Part shown: positions 47,420 to 57,150 of the stretch, piece after piece
Layout of the letters: every line of letters starts with the position of its first letter
Position numbering within the stretch: the first letter of the stretch is position 1
Assembly (NCBI GenBank): GCA_017537365.1
Contig: JAFYKZ010000017.1
Span: 356-64,355, forward strand
From: Clostridia bacterium
Lineage (GTDB): Bacteria; Bacillota; Clostridia; Oscillospirales; Acutalibacteraceae
Reading direction: 5' to 3'
DNA length: 64,000 nucleotides
Program-made: the position numbers and the translations under genes
Notes under the pieces: model-generated
Databases searched by the model: none
Told to the model about the DNA's origin: nothing
Seen by the model: the letters and a program-made list of their open reading frames with translations, nothing else

Positions 47420-48723
47420 TGTTTCAAACATTGAGAAATGCCTGGAAGATTAAAGAGATTCGTAATAAAATTCTTTTTACAATTCTTATTGTTTTAATCT
47501 TCCGTATAGGTTCGGTTATTCCGGTACCTTATATTGATGTAGAGGCTTTAAGAACCTCTATGGCTGCTCCCGACACTAACGCATTCTTCAGCTACCTTTC
47601 AATTTTGACCGGTGGCGGACTTGAATACGGTGCGATTTTCGCAATGTCGGTTACCCCATATATCAACTCTTCAATTATCGTTCAGTTGCTTTGCGTAGCT
47701 ATTCCGGTATTTGAGCGTTGGCAAAAAGAGGGTGAAGAGGGCCAGAAAAAATTGGCTCAGGTTACACGTTATGCAACCGTTATATTAGCTCTTATCCAAG
47801 GTGTTGCTTTCTTCTTCTATTTGAAGAACGGCGGCGGTCAGGTTTCGAGCTATTTAAGCGTTGAAAGAGGTTTCGAAACTGTTTTCGCAGCATTCGTAAT
47901 AGTGCTTGCATTTACAGCAGGTTCTGCTCTTGTAATGTGGCTTGGTGAAATGATCGACGAAAAGGGTATCGGCAACGGTATTTCAATACTCTTGTTTGCA
48001 GGTATCTTATCTCGTGGTCCCCAAGCATTCGGCGCATTATGGCAATACTTCTTTGAACTCAAACAGTATGTTGCTGTAATCGGTATTATTATTGCTTTCT
48101 TAGTAATAATTGCTTTCGTTGTTTGGATGACTGCCGCAGAGCGCAGAATTCCAATTCAATATGCTAAGCGTGTTGTAGGCAATAAGATGTATGGCGGTCA
48201 AAACACTCATATTCCGATTAAGGTTAATATGTCAGGTGTTATGCCAATTATCTTTGCTTCATCAATTTTAATGGTTCCAACCATGATTTTAGGCTTTATG
48301 AACACAGCTCAACAGGCTTCTACCTTTGGTAAAGCTTTGCAGCTTTTCAGTGTTCAAGGTGTTTTCTACGCAGTAATCTATTTCATCTTGATTATCGGTT
48401 TTGCATATTTCTATGCAACAATTCAGTTTAATCCGATTGAAATGGCTAATAATTTGCGTAAAAACGGCGGTGCCATCCCCGGTATCCGTCCAGGACAGCC
48501 TACATCTGATTTTATTTCTAAAATTTTGTCAAGAATAACCTTGATGGGAGCTATCTTCCTCAGCGTTATTGCAATCCTTCCTATTGTTATCGGTAATGTC
48601 GGCAAGATTAATGTTTCTCTTGGCGGTACTTCTGTGCTCATTATGGTTGGTGTTGCTCTTGATATCGTTCGTAGTCTTGAATCTCAAATGATGATGCGTC
48701 ATTATAAAGGATTCCTTGACTAA
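47419..48723 (+). CDS. secY: preprotein translocase subunit SecY
   Basis: 434 aa, 10 TM, with FAMSVTPYINSSIIVQLL and GIGNGISILLFAGI motifs. Confidence 0.97.
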   Translation: MFQTLRNAWKIKEIRNKILFTILIVLIFRIGSVIPVPYIDVEALRTSMAAPDTNAFFSYLSILTGGGLEYGAIFAMSVTPYINSSIIVQLLCVAIPVFERWQKEGEEGQKKLAQVTRYATVILALIQGVAFFFYLKNGGGQVSSYLSVERGFETVFAAFVIVLAFTAGSALVMWLGEMIDEKGIGNGISILLFAGILSRGPQAFGALWQYFFELKQYVAVIGIIIAFLVIIAFVVWMTAAERRIPIQYAKRVVGNKMYGGQNTHIPIKVNMSGVMPIIFASSILMVPTMILGFMNTAQQASTFGKALQLFSVQGVFYAVIYFILIIGFAYFYATIQFNPIEMANNLRKNGGAIPGIRPGQPTSDFISKILSRITLMGAIFLSVIAILPIVIGNVGKINVSLGGTSVLIMVGVALDIVRSLESQMMMRHYKGFLD

Positions 48724-48740
48724 GAATAGGGGAGTATAAT

Positions 48741-49379
48741 ATGAAACTCATACTTTTAGGAGCCCCAGGTGCCGGCAAAGGCACTCAGGCAGAAATAATT
48801 TCTGAGAAATATAATATTCCAACCATTTCCACCGGCAACATTATTCGTGCTGCTTTAAAAAACGGTACGGAAATGGGACTTAAAGCTAAATCATACATTG
48901 ACGCGGGCAACCTCGTTCCCGATGATGTTGTAATTGGCATTATCAAGGAGCGTTTAGCCGAGAGCGACTGTGCAAATGGTTACATTCTCGACGGTTTTCC
49001 CCGTACAATTCCGCAGGCTGAGGCGCTTGACGAATTAGGCTTCGCTATTGACGCTGCTCTCTCTATTGAGGTTGCAGACAGTGAGATAGTTAAGCGTATG
49101 TCAGGCAGACGTGTTTGTGAAAAATGCGGCGCCAGCTACCATACTGAATATAAGAAACCTGCAGTTGAGGGTGCTTGTAATTTCTGTGATGGCAAGTTAG
49201 TTATCCGTAAGGATGATGAGCCTGAAACAGTTAAGAATAGACTTAATGTTTATCACGAGCAAACCGAGCCTTTAAAGGATTATTATAGAAACTGTGGTAA
49301 GCTTATTTGTGTGGAAGGTCAAGAAGAGGTAAAAGATACTACCGCTCTTGTGCTTTCTGCGTTGGAGAGTAATGTATGA
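48741..49379 (+). CDS. adk: adenylate kinase (4-Cys zinc lid)
   Basis: GAPGAGKGTQ P-loop. The lid carries CEKCG...CNFCDG. Confidence 0.97.
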   Translation: MKLILLGAPGAGKGTQAEIISEKYNIPTISTGNIIRAALKNGTEMGLKAKSYIDAGNLVPDDVVIGIIKERLAESDCANGYILDGFPRTIPQAEALDELGFAIDAALSIEVADSEIVKRMSGRRVCEKCGASYHTEYKKPAVEGACNFCDGKLVIRKDDEPETVKNRLNVYHEQTEPLKDYYRNCGKLICVEGQEEVKDTTALVLSALESNV

Positions 49380-50125
49380 TAGTGCTTAAAACCGGCCGCG
49401 AGCTTGAAATAATGCGAGAAGCTTGCAGAATATCGGCCGGAGCATTACAAATAGCAGGCAAGGCGGTTGAGCCGGGAGTAAGTACAGCTGAGATAAATAA
49501 TTTAGCTGAGCAGTATATACTCTCTCAGGGCGGAATCCCGAGTTTTAAAAACTATCAGGGTTATCCCGCCACCGCCTGTATATCAATTAACAACGAAGTC
49601 ATTCACGGCATACCGAATGCAAAGCGCATACTTAAAGCGGGGGATATAGTAAGTATTGACCTCGGCGCAAAGTATGGAGGATATCATGGTGATAATGCTG
49701 CCACTTTCGCTTGCGGAGATATTTCCGATGAAGCGAAGCGGCTGATAGAAACCACTAAGGAGAGCCTTTATGAAGGTATTAAAAAAGCGGTTTCAGGCGG
49801 CAGAGTCGGTGATATAGGAAACGCTGTGCAGTCCTATGTCGAGGCGCGCGGATATTCTGTGGTTAGAAAATTTGTCGGCCATGGAGTAGGAAGCGAGCTG
49901 CATGAATCACCGGAAATTCCGAATTACGGAACAGCCGGTAGAGGTGTCCGTCTGATGCCCGGTATGACAATTGCAATAGAGCCCATGATTAATGCAGGCG
50001 GCTCGGATGTGAAAATATTACCGGACGGCTGGACAGTTTTAACAAGTGATGGTTCACTTTCTGCTCACTTTGAGCATACCGTAGCTATAACAAGCTCGGG
50101 TCCTAAAATACTAACTCTTATTTGA
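49376..50125 (+). CDS. map: type I methionine aminopeptidase
   Basis: NEVIHGIP, SIDLGA, HGVGSELHE and IEPMIN metal-ligand motifs. Confidence 0.96.
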   Translation: MIVLKTGRELEIMREACRISAGALQIAGKAVEPGVSTAEINNLAEQYILSQGGIPSFKNYQGYPATACISINNEVIHGIPNAKRILKAGDIVSIDLGAKYGGYHGDNAATFACGDISDEAKRLIETTKESLYEGIKKAVSGGRVGDIGNAVQSYVEARGYSVVRKFVGHGVGSELHESPEIPNYGTAGRGVRLMPGMTIAIEPMINAGGSDVKILPDGWTVLTSDGSLSAHFEHTVAITSSGPKILTLI

Positions 50126-50133
50126 GGTGGCTT

Positions 50134-50394
50134 ATGGTAGGACAGATAGTGTGTTCAAAATCGGGCAGAGATAAAGGCTATTTTATGGTTGTTGTAAACG
50201 AGGATGAGAATTACCTTTATGTATGTGATGGTAAGGAAAGACCGTTAGAGCGACCTAAAAGAAAAAATGCTAAGCATTTAAGCCTTACTAATACCGTTCT
50301 TGAAGAGGACAGCTTTAAAACCAACAAATCACTGAAAAAAGCACTTGCGGTTTTTAGAGATTCCGCGGAAAAAGGGAGGAACCGATATGTCTAA
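50134..50394 (+). CDS. KOW-domain RNA-binding protein (small L14E/L27E-like protein commonly found between map and infA in Clostridia)
   Basis: [21 protein letters not shown] is a KOW-like motif. ATG 50134 follows GAGGTGG (track start 50122 is less likely). Confidence 0.75.
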   Translation: MVGQIVCSKSGRDKGYFMVVVNEDENYLYVCDGKERPLERPKRKNAKHLSLTNTVLEEDSFKTNKSLKKALAVFRDSAEKGRNRYV

Positions 50395-50605
50395 GGAAGA
50401 CATGATAGAGCTTGAAGGCGTCGTTGTTGAATCCATGCCTAACGCAATGTTCAAGGTAGAAATTCAGGGGGGACATCAAATATTAGCCCATATCTCAGGT
50501 AAGCTTCGTATGAATTTTATACGCATTTTACCCGGTGATAAGGTTACGGTTGAAATGTCGCCCTACGATTTAACAAAGGGACGCATCACATGGCGTTCCA
50601 AATAA
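50387..50605 (+). CDS. infA: translation initiation factor IF-1
   Basis: [25 protein letters not shown]...GRITWR, 72 aa. ATG 50387 follows GGGAGG. The track ORF begins upstream inside the KOW gene. Confidence 0.96.
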   Translation: MSKEDMIELEGVVVESMPNAMFKVEIQGGHQILAHISGKLRMNFIRILPGDKVTVEMSPYDLTKGRITWRSK

Positions 50606-50651
50606 TGTGGCAAAATGTTACATTTGTAAAATTTAAGGAGGTAAAATCCTA

Positions 50652-50765
50652 ATGAAAGTCAGACCTTCTGTTAAAAAGATTTGCGAAAAGTGCAAAATTA
50701 TTAAGCGTAAGGGCAAAATCATGGTTATCTGTGAGAACCCGAAACATAAACAACGCCAAGGTTAA
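50652..50765 (+). CDS. rpmJ: 50S ribosomal protein L36 (zinc-binding form)
   Basis: Not in the ORF track (37 aa). My translation is [37 protein letters not shown], preceded by an AAGGAGG SD. Confidence 0.95.
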   Translation: MKVRPSVKKICEKCKIIKRKGKIMVICENPKHKQRQG

Positions 50766-50825
50766 TTTTGCTTTGCAGACAAGGGTTATGCTTTTGTCAA
50801 GAAAAAAATGGAGGTGCTTTGATTA

Positions 50826-51194
50826 ATGGCACGTATTGCTGGTGTAGACCTTCCAAATGATAAGAGAGTTGAAATCGGACTTACTTATATTTTCGGAATT
50901 GGTCTTACAACATCTAAAAAAATCCTTGCTGATACCGGTATTAATCCTGATATCAGAGTTAAGGACCTAACCGAAGACGATATCTCAAAGTTGCGTGAAT
51001 ATATCGACCACAACCTTCAAGTAGAAGGCGACCGTCGTCGTACAATCGCATTCGATATTAAGAGACTTATCGAAATCGGTAGCTATCGCGGTCTTCGTCA
51101 TCGTAAGAACCTACCTGTAAGAGGTCAGCGTTCAAAGACCAATGCTCGTACTCGCAAAGGTCCTAAGAAGACTATAGCTAATAAGAAGAAATAA
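50826..51194 (+). CDS. rpsM: 30S ribosomal protein S13
   Basis: [26 protein letters not shown]. Confidence 0.97.
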   Translation: MARIAGVDLPNDKRVEIGLTYIFGIGLTTSKKILADTGINPDIRVKDLTEDDISKLREYIDHNLQVEGDRRRTIAFDIKRLIEIGSYRGLRHRKNLPVRGQRSKTNARTRKGPKKTIANKKK

Positions 51195-51210
51195 GTAGGA
51201 GGAAGATAAT

Positions 51211-51609
51211 ATGGCTACTGCTAAGAAGGCGACTTCTACACGTCGTCGTCGCGAAAAGAAAAATATTGAACGTGGCGCTGCTCATATTCAGTCTACCTTC
51301 AACAACACTATCGTAACCATCACTGATACTCAGGGTAATGCTTTATCTTGGGCATCTGCAGGTGAGTTAGGATTCAGAGGTTCAAGAAAGTCTACTCCTT
51401 TCGCAGCTCAGAGCGCAGCAGAAACCGCTGCTAAGGCTGCTATGGAACATGGACTTAAAACTGTTGAAGTATTCGTAAAGGGACCCGGTGCCGGTCGTGA
51501 AGCTGCTATCCGTGCTTTACAGACTGCAGGCTTAGAGGTTAGCATGATTAAAGATGTTACTCCTATCCCTCATAACGGCTGCCGTCCTCCCAAGAGAAGA
51601 CGCGTTTAA
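51211..51609 (+). CDS. rpsK: 30S ribosomal protein S11
   Basis: [24 protein letters not shown]...[12 protein letters not shown]. Confidence 0.97.
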   Translation: MATAKKATSTRRRREKKNIERGAAHIQSTFNNTIVTITDTQGNALSWASAGELGFRGSRKSTPFAAQSAAETAAKAAMEHGLKTVEVFVKGPGAGREAAIRALQTAGLEVSMIKDVTPIPHNGCRPPKRRRV

Positions 51610-51665
51610 TAAAATTACTTTTAAACTTTGCAATTATTTGCAGAAAATTTTTGGAGGTGCAATAG

Positions 51666-52292
51666 ATGGCAAGATATACCGGTGCAGTTTGCAGACTTTG
51701 TCGCCGTGAGGGCAAAAAATTGTTCCTTAAAGGTGAGCGCTGCTATTCTGAGAAATGTTCTGTTGGTATCAGAGCTTATGCTCCCGGTCAACACGGACAA
51801 GGTAGAAAGAAGTCATCTGAATACGGCTTACAGCTTCGCGCTAAGCAGACTGCAAGACGTTTCTATGGCGTTCAGGAAAATCAGTTCCATCATTATTTTG
51901 AGATTGCCGAGAGAAAACAGGGTATCACTGGTGATAACCTTTTAAGAATTCTCGAAAGCCGTCTTGATAACGTTGTTTACAGAGTAGGCTTTGCTTCTTC
52001 TCGTGCAGAAGCAAGACAGCTCGTAGGTCATGGCCATTTTGAAGTAAACGGCAAGCGTGTTGATATCGCTTCCTATCTTCTTAAAGCAGGTGATGTAGTA
52101 TCTATCTGCGAAAAGGCTCGTGGACTTGATAAGATTAAGGCTGTTGTTGAGGCTAACAGTGCTAGACCTGTTCCGCAGTGGATTGATGTTGACCGTGAAG
52201 CTCTTTCAGCTAAGGTTATCGTTCTTCCTAACAGAGATCAGATTGAAGCTCCTGTTGAAGAGCAACTCATCGTCGAATTCTACTCTAAGTAA
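51666..52292 (+). CDS. rpsD: 30S ribosomal protein S4 (Cys-cluster form)
   Basis: [31 protein letters not shown]... Confidence 0.97.
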   Translation: MARYTGAVCRLCRREGKKLFLKGERCYSEKCSVGIRAYAPGQHGQGRKKSSEYGLQLRAKQTARRFYGVQENQFHHYFEIAERKQGITGDNLLRILESRLDNVVYRVGFASSRAEARQLVGHGHFEVNGKRVDIASYLLKAGDVVSICEKARGLDKIKAVVEANSARPVPQWIDVDREALSAKVIVLPNRDQIEAPVEEQLIVEFYSK

Positions 52293-52374
52293 TAATTGAT
52301 GGTATTACATTTGATATCTTTCCGTACAAGATATTGAATATAAAAATCACAGTACGGAGAAACGGAGCTTTTAA

Positions 52375-53325
52375 ATGATAGAAATTGAAAAGCCCAGAAT
52401 AGACACTGTTGAAATGACTGCTGACGGTAAATACGGCAAGTTCGTTATGGAACCGTTAGAGCGTGGTTACGCCACAACACTTGGTAACAGTATGAGAAGA
52501 GTTTTGCTTTCCATACTTCCCGGTGTTGCTGTAACAAATGTTAAGATTGACGGTGTAGTGCATGAGTTTACAACTATCCCCGGTGTTAAAGAGGATGTTA
52601 CAGAAATCATCCTTAACATCAAGGGATTGATTGCAAAGCTTCATGCTGATACGGCAAAAAAGATTTATATTGAAGCAGAAGGTCCCTGTGTGATTACTGC
52701 CGCTTCAATTAAGGCTGATTCAGAGGTTGAAATTCTTAATCCCGATATGTATATCGCTACTTTGGCTGAAGGGGCTACTCTTAATATGGAGATGACTCTT
52801 GAACATGGTAGAGGTTATGTGCCGGCAGACCAGAATAAACCTGCTCAAAATATAATCGGCGTTATTCCCGTTGACTCTATTTATACACCTGTGCTCAAAG
52901 CTAATTTCTCGGTTGATAATACCCGTGTTGGTAATGTTACCGATAAAGGCAAGCTTACTCTCGAGGTTTGGACTGATGGTTCTCTCAAAGCTAACGAGGC
53001 AGTTTCTATGTCTGCTAAGGTTTTGATTGAGCATTTAGAGTTGTTCTTAGACCTCGCAGAAGGTGTTAGTGAAACTGAGAGCATTATGGCTGTTCAAGTT
53101 GACAACGAGAAAGAAAAAGTTCTCGACCTTACTATCGATGAACTTGACTTATCTGTTCGTAGCTTTAACTGCTTAAAGCGCGCAGGTATTAATACGGTTG
53201 AAGACCTTATCGGTAAGTCCGAAGAGGATATGATGAAGGTAAGAAACTTAGGCCGTAAGTCCCTTGAAGAAGTTATTGCCAAGTTAAATTCATTTGGCTT
53301 TACTCTCAAAAAGGAATCTGAATAA
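52375..53325 (+). CDS. rpoA: DNA-directed RNA polymerase alpha subunit
   Basis: [16 protein letters not shown]...; C-terminal domain [16 protein letters not shown]. Confidence 0.97.
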   Translation: MIEIEKPRIDTVEMTADGKYGKFVMEPLERGYATTLGNSMRRVLLSILPGVAVTNVKIDGVVHEFTTIPGVKEDVTEIILNIKGLIAKLHADTAKKIYIEAEGPCVITAASIKADSEVEILNPDMYIATLAEGATLNMEMTLEHGRGYVPADQNKPAQNIIGVIPVDSIYTPVLKANFSVDNTRVGNVTDKGKLTLEVWTDGSLKANEAVSMSAKVLIEHLELFLDLAEGVSETESIMAVQVDNEKEKVLDLTIDELDLSVRSFNCLKRAGINTVEDLIGKSEEDMMKVRNLGRKSLEEVIAKLNSFGFTLKKESE

Positions 53326-53338
53326 GGAGTGAATAGAA

Positions 53339-53680
53339 ATGCCAGGTACCCGTAAACTCGGTAGAACCAGCGACCATAGAACTGCTATGCTCAGAGCAAT
53401 GGTAACATACTTGCTTGAAAACGGTAAGATTGAGACCACTGTTACTCGTGCAAAAGAAGTTAGAGCTATGGCTGAAAAGTATATTACACTCGCTAAGACT
53501 AATACATTAGCTAGCAAGCGTCAGGCTTTCGCTTTCATTACTAAGGAAGAGGTTGTTGCTAAGCTTTACAACGAAATCGCTCCTAAGTATATGGAAACAA
53601 ACGGTGGTTACTGCCGTATTATAAAGACCGGTCCGCGCCGCGGAGACGCTGCCGAGATGGCAATTATCGAGTTAATATAA
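53339..53680 (+). CDS. rplQ: 50S ribosomal protein L17
   Basis: [27 protein letters not shown]. Confidence 0.97.
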   Translation: MPGTRKLGRTSDHRTAMLRAMVTYLLENGKIETTVTRAKEVRAMAEKYITLAKTNTLASKRQAFAFITKEEVVAKLYNEIAPKYMETNGGYCRIIKTGPRRGDAAEMAIIELI

Positions 53681-53801
53681 CTTAAAACATTTTTATGTTA
53701 ATTTAGTGCTCACATTGTGTGAGTGTCGGTGAAATATCATTTAGCGATTTATACATTCGCCAAGGCACTGATAATGTGTGTACTAAACCTGTAAAGGTAT
53801 T

Positions 53802-53834
53802 AAAAAGCTTCCCGAAATATCGGGAAGCTTTTTT
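53802..53834. terminator. bidirectional rho-independent terminator (alpha operon / spoVAD)
   Basis: AAAAGCTTCCCG aaatat CGGGAAGCTTTT, with an A-tract 5' and a T-tract 3'. Lies between convergent rplQ and spoVAD. Confidence 0.85.
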
Positions 53835-53839
53835 GTATA

Positions 53840-54850
53840 TTAAGGGTTTTTAATATTTATTAAGTGAGCGATAGAAGGGATACTTTCACCCTGAAAACTC
53901 GAAGTAGGGGACATTAGCGCGCCTGTTGACATAAAGAGGATATTATTGAGCTTCTTTTCTCTCATACGCTTTAAAACATAAGAGCATAAAACTGATGCAC
54001 TGCAACCGCAACCTGAACCGCCTGCATGAGTATCTTGTTTTTCGTGGTCAAAAATCATAAGGCCACAGTCGGTATGACGGCATTTTATATCAATACCTTC
54101 TTTATCAAGTATCTGATATAAAAGATTTGTTCCAACCTCACCTAAATCGCCTGTGAAAATCAGGTCATAATCTTTTGGACCTGTTTTAGTATCTGCAAAA
54201 AAGTGCATTAGGGTAGAGGCTGCGGCAGGTGCCATAGCCGCACCCATATTGTTAACATCGCTTACCCCGAGGTCAACAATTTCGCCAAAGGTTATAGCGT
54301 TTATATATGGGTGGTTTTTGCCTCTTTCTAAAATTAGTGCGCCTGAGCCTGTTACAGTGCGTTGAGCGGTTTGTGGACGCTGATTTCCGTAGTTTAAAGG
54401 GTATCTGTATTGGCGCTCGGCTGAGCAAAAATGTGATGAGGTAACCGCTAGTGTGCGTTTTGCGGCGCCGCAGTCAACAAATATAGAGGCTAACGCGGTT
54501 GATAGTGCCATAGTTGAACAAGCTCCGTAAAGCCCGATAAAAGCTATACCTAAATCTCTCATACTAAACGAGCTTCCGATACATTGATTTAATAGGTCTC
54601 CTGCAAAAACCTGGTCGATATCTTTGGGCTCAAGCTCGGCTTTTTTGAGAGCTATATTTATTGCAGTTTTTTGCAATTTGCTTTCGGCTTTTTCGAAGCT
54701 TTCTTCGCCGAAGAGACTGTCGTCGGAAAATTCGTCAAATTCCGCTCCCAATGGACCTTCGTGCTCCATTTTTCCAACAACCGCACCCGAGCTTATAATA
54801 CTCGGTTTGTTTTCTAAAAATATAGTTCGTTTTCCTTTTTTTATTGCCAT
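53840..54850 (-). CDS. spoVAD: stage V sporulation protein AD (thiolase-like)
   Basis: 336 aa, MAIKKGKRTIFLENKPSIISSGAVVGKMEHEGPLGAEFD... and a GACSTM-type thiolase-fold core. Confidence 0.85.
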   Translation of the reverse strand: MAIKKGKRTIFLENKPSIISSGAVVGKMEHEGPLGAEFDEFSDDSLFGEESFEKAESKLQKTAINIALKKAELEPKDIDQVFAGDLLNQCIGSSFSMRDLGIAFIGLYGACSTMALSTALASIFVDCGAAKRTLAVTSSHFCSAERQYRYPLNYGNQRPQTAQRTVTGSGALILERGKNHPYINAITFGEIVDLGVSDVNNMGAAMAPAAASTLMHFFADTKTGPKDYDLIFTGDLGEVGTNLLYQILDKEGIDIKCRHTDCGLMIFDHEKQDTHAGGSGCGCSASVLCSYVLKRMREKKLNNILFMSTGALMSPTSSFQGESIPSIAHLINIKNP

Positions 54851-54908
54851 ATTATCACCTTTTTTTAAAATATATAGTTATTTTTTGAAAAAGGTAGATA
54901 AATATTCG

Positions 54909-54940
54909 CAAAAAAATCCCCCAACAAAAGTTGAGGGATT
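54909..54940 (-). terminator. rho-independent terminator of the DUF4190 gene
   Basis: Minus-strand AATCCCTCAAC uuuu GUUGGGGGAUU followed by UUUUUU. Confidence 0.75.
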
Positions 54941-54962
54941 AGATTATGTAATAAGTTAGATA

Positions 54963-55310
54963 TTAATAGTAATATCCACTGCTAGCACCGGTAGCATTAA
55001 TTAAGCCACCCATAAAACCTGAAGCAAAACCGATAATACCACCTATGATGCCTAGAACTAAGCCTATGATACCGAGGATAAGACCAGCCTTAGCCTTGCC
55101 TGACATTTCGCCGGTTTTAGACTTAGCAACGATAGCTAAAATAACAGCAGCGAGCGGAAAAGGACCTGGACAGCAGCACATTAATACTATACCAACAATA
55201 CCGCAAATCATAGAAATAAGACCTAAAGTATCTTTCTTTTCTACTGGTGCTACTTCTTCTACTACAGCTTCAAATTCGTTGTTTTGTTGTTCAAATTGAT
55301 TGTTCTCCAT
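54963..55310 (-). CDS. DUF4190-like small membrane protein (paralog a)
   Basis: 115 aa: acidic N-terminus, LGLISMICGIVGIVLMCCCPG, a second Gly-rich TM, and a C-terminal SSGYYY. Confidence 0.75.
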   Translation of the reverse strand: MENNQFEQQNNEFEAVVEEVAPVEKKDTLGLISMICGIVGIVLMCCCPGPFPLAAVILAIVAKSKTGEMSGKAKAGLILGIIGLVLGIIGGIIGFASGFMGGLINATGASSGYYY

Positions 55311-55442
55311 TTAAAAAGAGCCTCCTTAAAAATTTTAAATATAAAAATATCTTACGATAGTTTTAACATATTAAATATACAAAAACATTATATCATCCGC
55401 CCTATAAAAATGCAACTTTTTTTTAAAAATTTTATTGTTTTG

Positions 55443-55472
55443 TTGCAAAAAAAGTCTAATATATGTTATAAT
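55443..55472 (+). promoter_or_regulatory. sigma-A promoter of the DUF2752 gene pair
   Basis: TTGCAA, 18 nt spacer, TATAAT. It overlaps the in-frame ATG at 55471, arguing for a downstream start. Confidence 0.55.
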
Positions 55473-55515
55473 GGCTATAAAACAGTTGAAATGTTTTAGA
55501 GAGGCAGGGGATAAA

Positions 55516-55938
55516 TTGTATTCGCGAAAGCAACAGTGGGTTATATTTTGGGTTGTAAACGGTTTATTGTTATTTACTTTGCTGTTTTTCCCGATTTATT
55601 GGAAATATTTAATGAAGTTGCCCTTTAACAAATGCAATATGCTTGAATTGTTACATATTTATTGCCCTTCCTGCGGAGGAACAAGAGCTTTTAAAGCATT
55701 ATGCGATTTGGATATTTTAAATTCTTTCAGATATAATCCTATTGTTCCGATTGGAGCAGGGTTATTTATAGCTTATGAAATATATATGATAAAACATTTA
55801 ATTAAAAAAACAGAACGAGAAACCTTTGTTAAAATGTGGATGGTATATTCCGTTCTGGGTATTTGGGGATTATATTTTATAGTTCGCACTATCTTGCTTT
55901 TTTGCGGGATTGATATTATAGGCGATATATTGGGTTAA
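55516..55938 (+). CDS. DUF2752-like membrane protein
   Basis: CPSCGGTRAF motif followed by TM helices. TTG 55516 was chosen because the track start at 55435 lies upstream of the predicted promoter. The start is uncertain. Confidence 0.7.
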   Translation: MYSRKQQWVIFWVVNGLLLFTLLFFPIYWKYLMKLPFNKCNMLELLHIYCPSCGGTRAFKALCDLDILNSFRYNPIVPIGAGLFIAYEIYMIKHLIKKTERETFVKMWMVYSVLGIWGLYFIVRTILLFCGIDIIGDILG

Positions 55939-55950
55939 GGAGGATTAATA

Positions 55951-56670
55951 ATGGAATATTATTCAGGGGATTTAGAAACTTTTGAAAGTATGTTAGAAGC
56001 AATTTACGGTATACTTTTTGCGGGAGCTGCAATAGCAGAACTTGGTGCGATTGGTGTAGTTGCTATGACATTTCTTGTCATTTTTGCGGTATTAGTTGTT
56101 ATAGGTATTGCTCTTTATATTTTCAAGGCTTATGCAATTTATAGCTTTGCTAAGAAATTAAACTATCCTCGCGCTTGGATTGCTTGGATACCGATTAAGT
56201 ATTGCAGAATATTTGTCCTTTCTGATTTGGCAGGGGAGAAGAGACTTGAATTCTGGCATGGAAAATTTAAGCATGATGACCGCAAGCTAGGATTTTGGGC
56301 TTATGTCGGAATAGATTTTGCAGGTCCTACTATTATTAATATGTTATGCTCTATTGTTATGCTTATTCCTGTAGTAGGTATGCCGGCAAGTTGCATTTGT
56401 TATGTATTAAATCTTTTGCCGTTATTGGCTAGCGCTATATTAGAATATATTTATTTCCGCGATATATTAGAATTATTTAAGGAAGATAAGCATTCAAACG
56501 AAGTAACATCTTTTGTTATAACTATAATAGATGTTTTAGTGGGCGGTGGTTTAGCGCGAGCAATTTATTTATTAACAATGAAAAAATTAGAGCCGTTAAA
56601 TAAAATTGAATATGAGCAAGAAATTCCAAATGACCAAGAGGCTCAATATGAACAAGTAATTGAAGATTAA
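55951..56670 (+). CDS. hypothetical polytopic membrane protein
   Basis: 239 aa, ~5 TM, AAGGAGG SD, acidic Q/E-rich C-terminal tail. No family recognised. Confidence 0.7.
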   Translation: MEYYSGDLETFESMLEAIYGILFAGAAIAELGAIGVVAMTFLVIFAVLVVIGIALYIFKAYAIYSFAKKLNYPRAWIAWIPIKYCRIFVLSDLAGEKRLEFWHGKFKHDDRKLGFWAYVGIDFAGPTIINMLCSIVMLIPVVGMPASCICYVLNLLPLLASAILEYIYFRDILELFKEDKHSNEVTSFVITIIDVLVGGGLARAIYLLTMKKLEPLNKIEYEQEIPNDQEAQYEQVIED

Positions 56671-56672
56671 AC

Positions 56673-56701
56673 AAAAATCCCCGATTAATCGGGGATTTTT
56701 T
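56673..56701. terminator. bidirectional rho-independent terminator
   Basis: AAAAATCCCCGAT ta ATCGGGGATTTTT, between convergent genes. Confidence 0.85.
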
Positions 56702-56724
56702 ATAGATTAAAGGTTTTAAGAATA

Positions 56725-57084
56725 TTAATAACTGGATAAAATAAGCTCTAAAATACTTTGACCGGTTGTTAGTACTATTGCCAGTACAATAAAAACTATT
56801 AAGAATACCAGACTTATAATACTAATAATAAGTCCAGTTAACGCGAAACCTGAAAATTTGCCGTTTTGCTTTTTGCTTACAAGAGATAAAACAATCGCTG
56901 CAATACAAAATATTACAGATACTATATTGCCGCAAATTCCGCAACATACAAGCGGCAAATTGCAGATACTTAGAATCATAGAGATAAGACCTAAAACATC
57001 AAGAGACTTTTTTTCATTATCTATATCTTCAATGGCAGGCTCATAGTGGATTTCGGATTGTTGATTTAATTCGTTGTTTTCCAT
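56725..57084 (-). CDS. DUF4190-like small membrane protein (paralog b)
   Basis: 119 aa. Shares MENN..QQ, EKK, LGLISMI, CC and K..G..SG.A..GLI blocks with 54963..55310. Confidence 0.75.
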   Translation of the reverse strand: MENNELNQQSEIHYEPAIEDIDNEKKSLDVLGLISMILSICNLPLVCCGICGNIVSVIFCIAAIVLSLVSKKQNGKFSGFALTGLIISIISLVFLIVFIVLAIVLTTGQSILELILSSY

Positions 57085-57150
57085 TTTAGAACTCCTTAAA
57101 TAGTATGTTATATAAGGAGTATAGCATTAAATAAAAATAAACGCAAGATT

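Noticed and set aside
53681-53801. A 120 nt untranslated stretch between the rplQ stop and its terminator, containing a small hairpin (CTCACA-ttg-TGTGAG). I considered an sRNA or a missing gene.
   Set aside because: There is no promoter-like element, no ORF with an SD, and only weak structure. It is most simply a 3' UTR, possibly a remnant of the lost rplQ-ecfA junction.
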